Of a stretch of DNA of 64,000 nt, positions 63,446-64,000 are shown one piece after another. A program made the position numbers and the translations under genes. Source of the stretch: Herbinix sp. (lineage in GTDB: Bacteria > Bacillota > Clostridia > Lachnospirales > Lachnospiraceae); contig JARBTJ010000001.1 in NCBI GenBank assembly GCA_029240245.1, positions 63,273-127,272 of the forward strand, given 5' to 3'. Each line of letters starts with the position of its first letter. Position 1 is the first letter of the stretch. The notes beneath the pieces were generated by a model. The model worked only from the letters and a program-made list of their open reading frames with translations, was not told the origin of the DNA and did no database searches.

Positions 63446-63664
63446 CTATTTATCACGCCAAATGATTCTTCCTTTTGTTAAATCATAAGGGGATAACTCA
63501 AGCGTTACCTTATCACCAGGTACGATCTTGATAAAATTCATGCGGAGCTTTCCGCTGATATGTGCTAATACTCTATGTCCATTTTCAAGTTCAACCTGGA
63601 ACATAGCATTAGGTAATTTTTCAATTACGGTTCCTTCAATTTCTACTACATCGGTTTTTGACAT
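63446..63664 (-). CDS. infA: Translation initiation factor IF-1
   Basis: [23 protein letters not shown]. Confidence 0.99.
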   Translation of the reverse strand: MSKTDVVEIEGTVIEKLPNAMFQVELENGHRVLAHISGKLRMNFIKIVPGDKVTLELSPYDLTKGRIIWRDK

Positions 63665-63948
63665 TACTCAACCTCCTTACTGGAATTTCCGCTTTGCAAC
63701 AATTTCAGTGCCCTCTTAATTTCCTCATTCCTTACTGTCTGGTTTATTACCTTTTCTGCTAAGGAAGCATCAAATTGATCCTGCAAACTGATATGCTTTA
63801 TTTTTTTCTTTTTCGGACGATCTAAAGTTCTAATTTTACCGTCCACTAAATATACATATTCATTTTCAATATGAAATATTACATACTGTTTACCAAAGTC
63901 ATGCCCTGCGCTTGATATGGCAAAACTCCCAACTATCTGATTCCCCAT
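63664..63948 (-). CDS. KOW-domain RNA-binding protein (L14e-like)
   Basis: S.AGHD...YV...[21 protein letters not shown]; usual position between map and infA. Confidence 0.85.
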   Translation of the reverse strand: MGNQIVGSFAISSAGHDFGKQYVIFHIENEYVYLVDGKIRTLDRPKKKKIKHISLQDQFDASLAEKVINQTVRNEEIKRALKLLQSGNSSKEVE

Positions 63949-63949
63949 A

Positions 63950-64000
63950 TTATTCACCAGGCTTTGTGAGTAGTTCCGGCTCCCCGTCCGTTATGAGAAT
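63950..64000 (-). CDS. map: Methionine aminopeptidase, C-terminal end (starts beyond the window)
   Basis: ILITDGEPELLT...* and synteny. Confidence 0.75.
   Translation of the reverse strand: MLITDGEPELLTKPGE

Noticed and set aside
161-63719. Numerous short ORFs antisense to or nested within well-supported genes (e.g. 13067-13621, 15159-15698, 10411-10896, 52210-52428, 62969-63262)
   Set aside because: Shadow frames of real genes with no RBS or motifs

Overview
Low-GC Firmicutes chromosome, Lachnospiraceae-like (tandem flgK copies, long L17). The left part holds a flagellar flgM-flgN-flgK-flgK-flgL cluster plus housekeeping and signalling genes (1-29.5 kb). The right part holds the end of the spc/alpha ribosomal operon, ecfA1-A2-T, truA and rplM-rpsI (52.3-64 kb). 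Between them, downstream of rpsI, lies an about 20-kb accreted island (about 32.3-52.3 kb). The last bases of rpsI (plus strand (C/T)TATCTCTTTG) recur as a direct-repeat core at 52314, 44493, 39725, 38102, 37198 and 35925, and probably in degenerate form at 32300. These cores divide the island into tandem units: (i) a 7.8-kb integrative mobilisable element (tyrosine integrase, Xre, Xis-like protein, AAA/Rep, MobV) carrying an aviRa-like and a deleted aviRb-like rRNA methyltransferase gene; (ii) a 4.8-kb deleted sister element with different arm repeats; (iii) three integrase-free 0.9-1.6-kb cassettes (Fic, YefM-YoeB, other TA and hypothetical remnants), each ending in a conserved terminator plus 10-bp-phased repeat half-site; (iv) a nearly backbone-free remnant. 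This integron-like cassette array at rpsI is the best candidate for an undescribed system. Also seen: a 150-bp MITE family with about 11-13-bp target duplications sitting in 5' leaders, twin 8-codon VxFA leader peptides, an Xre-FliM-peptide-CheY fusion and a Cys-rich NagB-like pseudoenzyme. All family assignments were made by eye from motifs; no searches were run.
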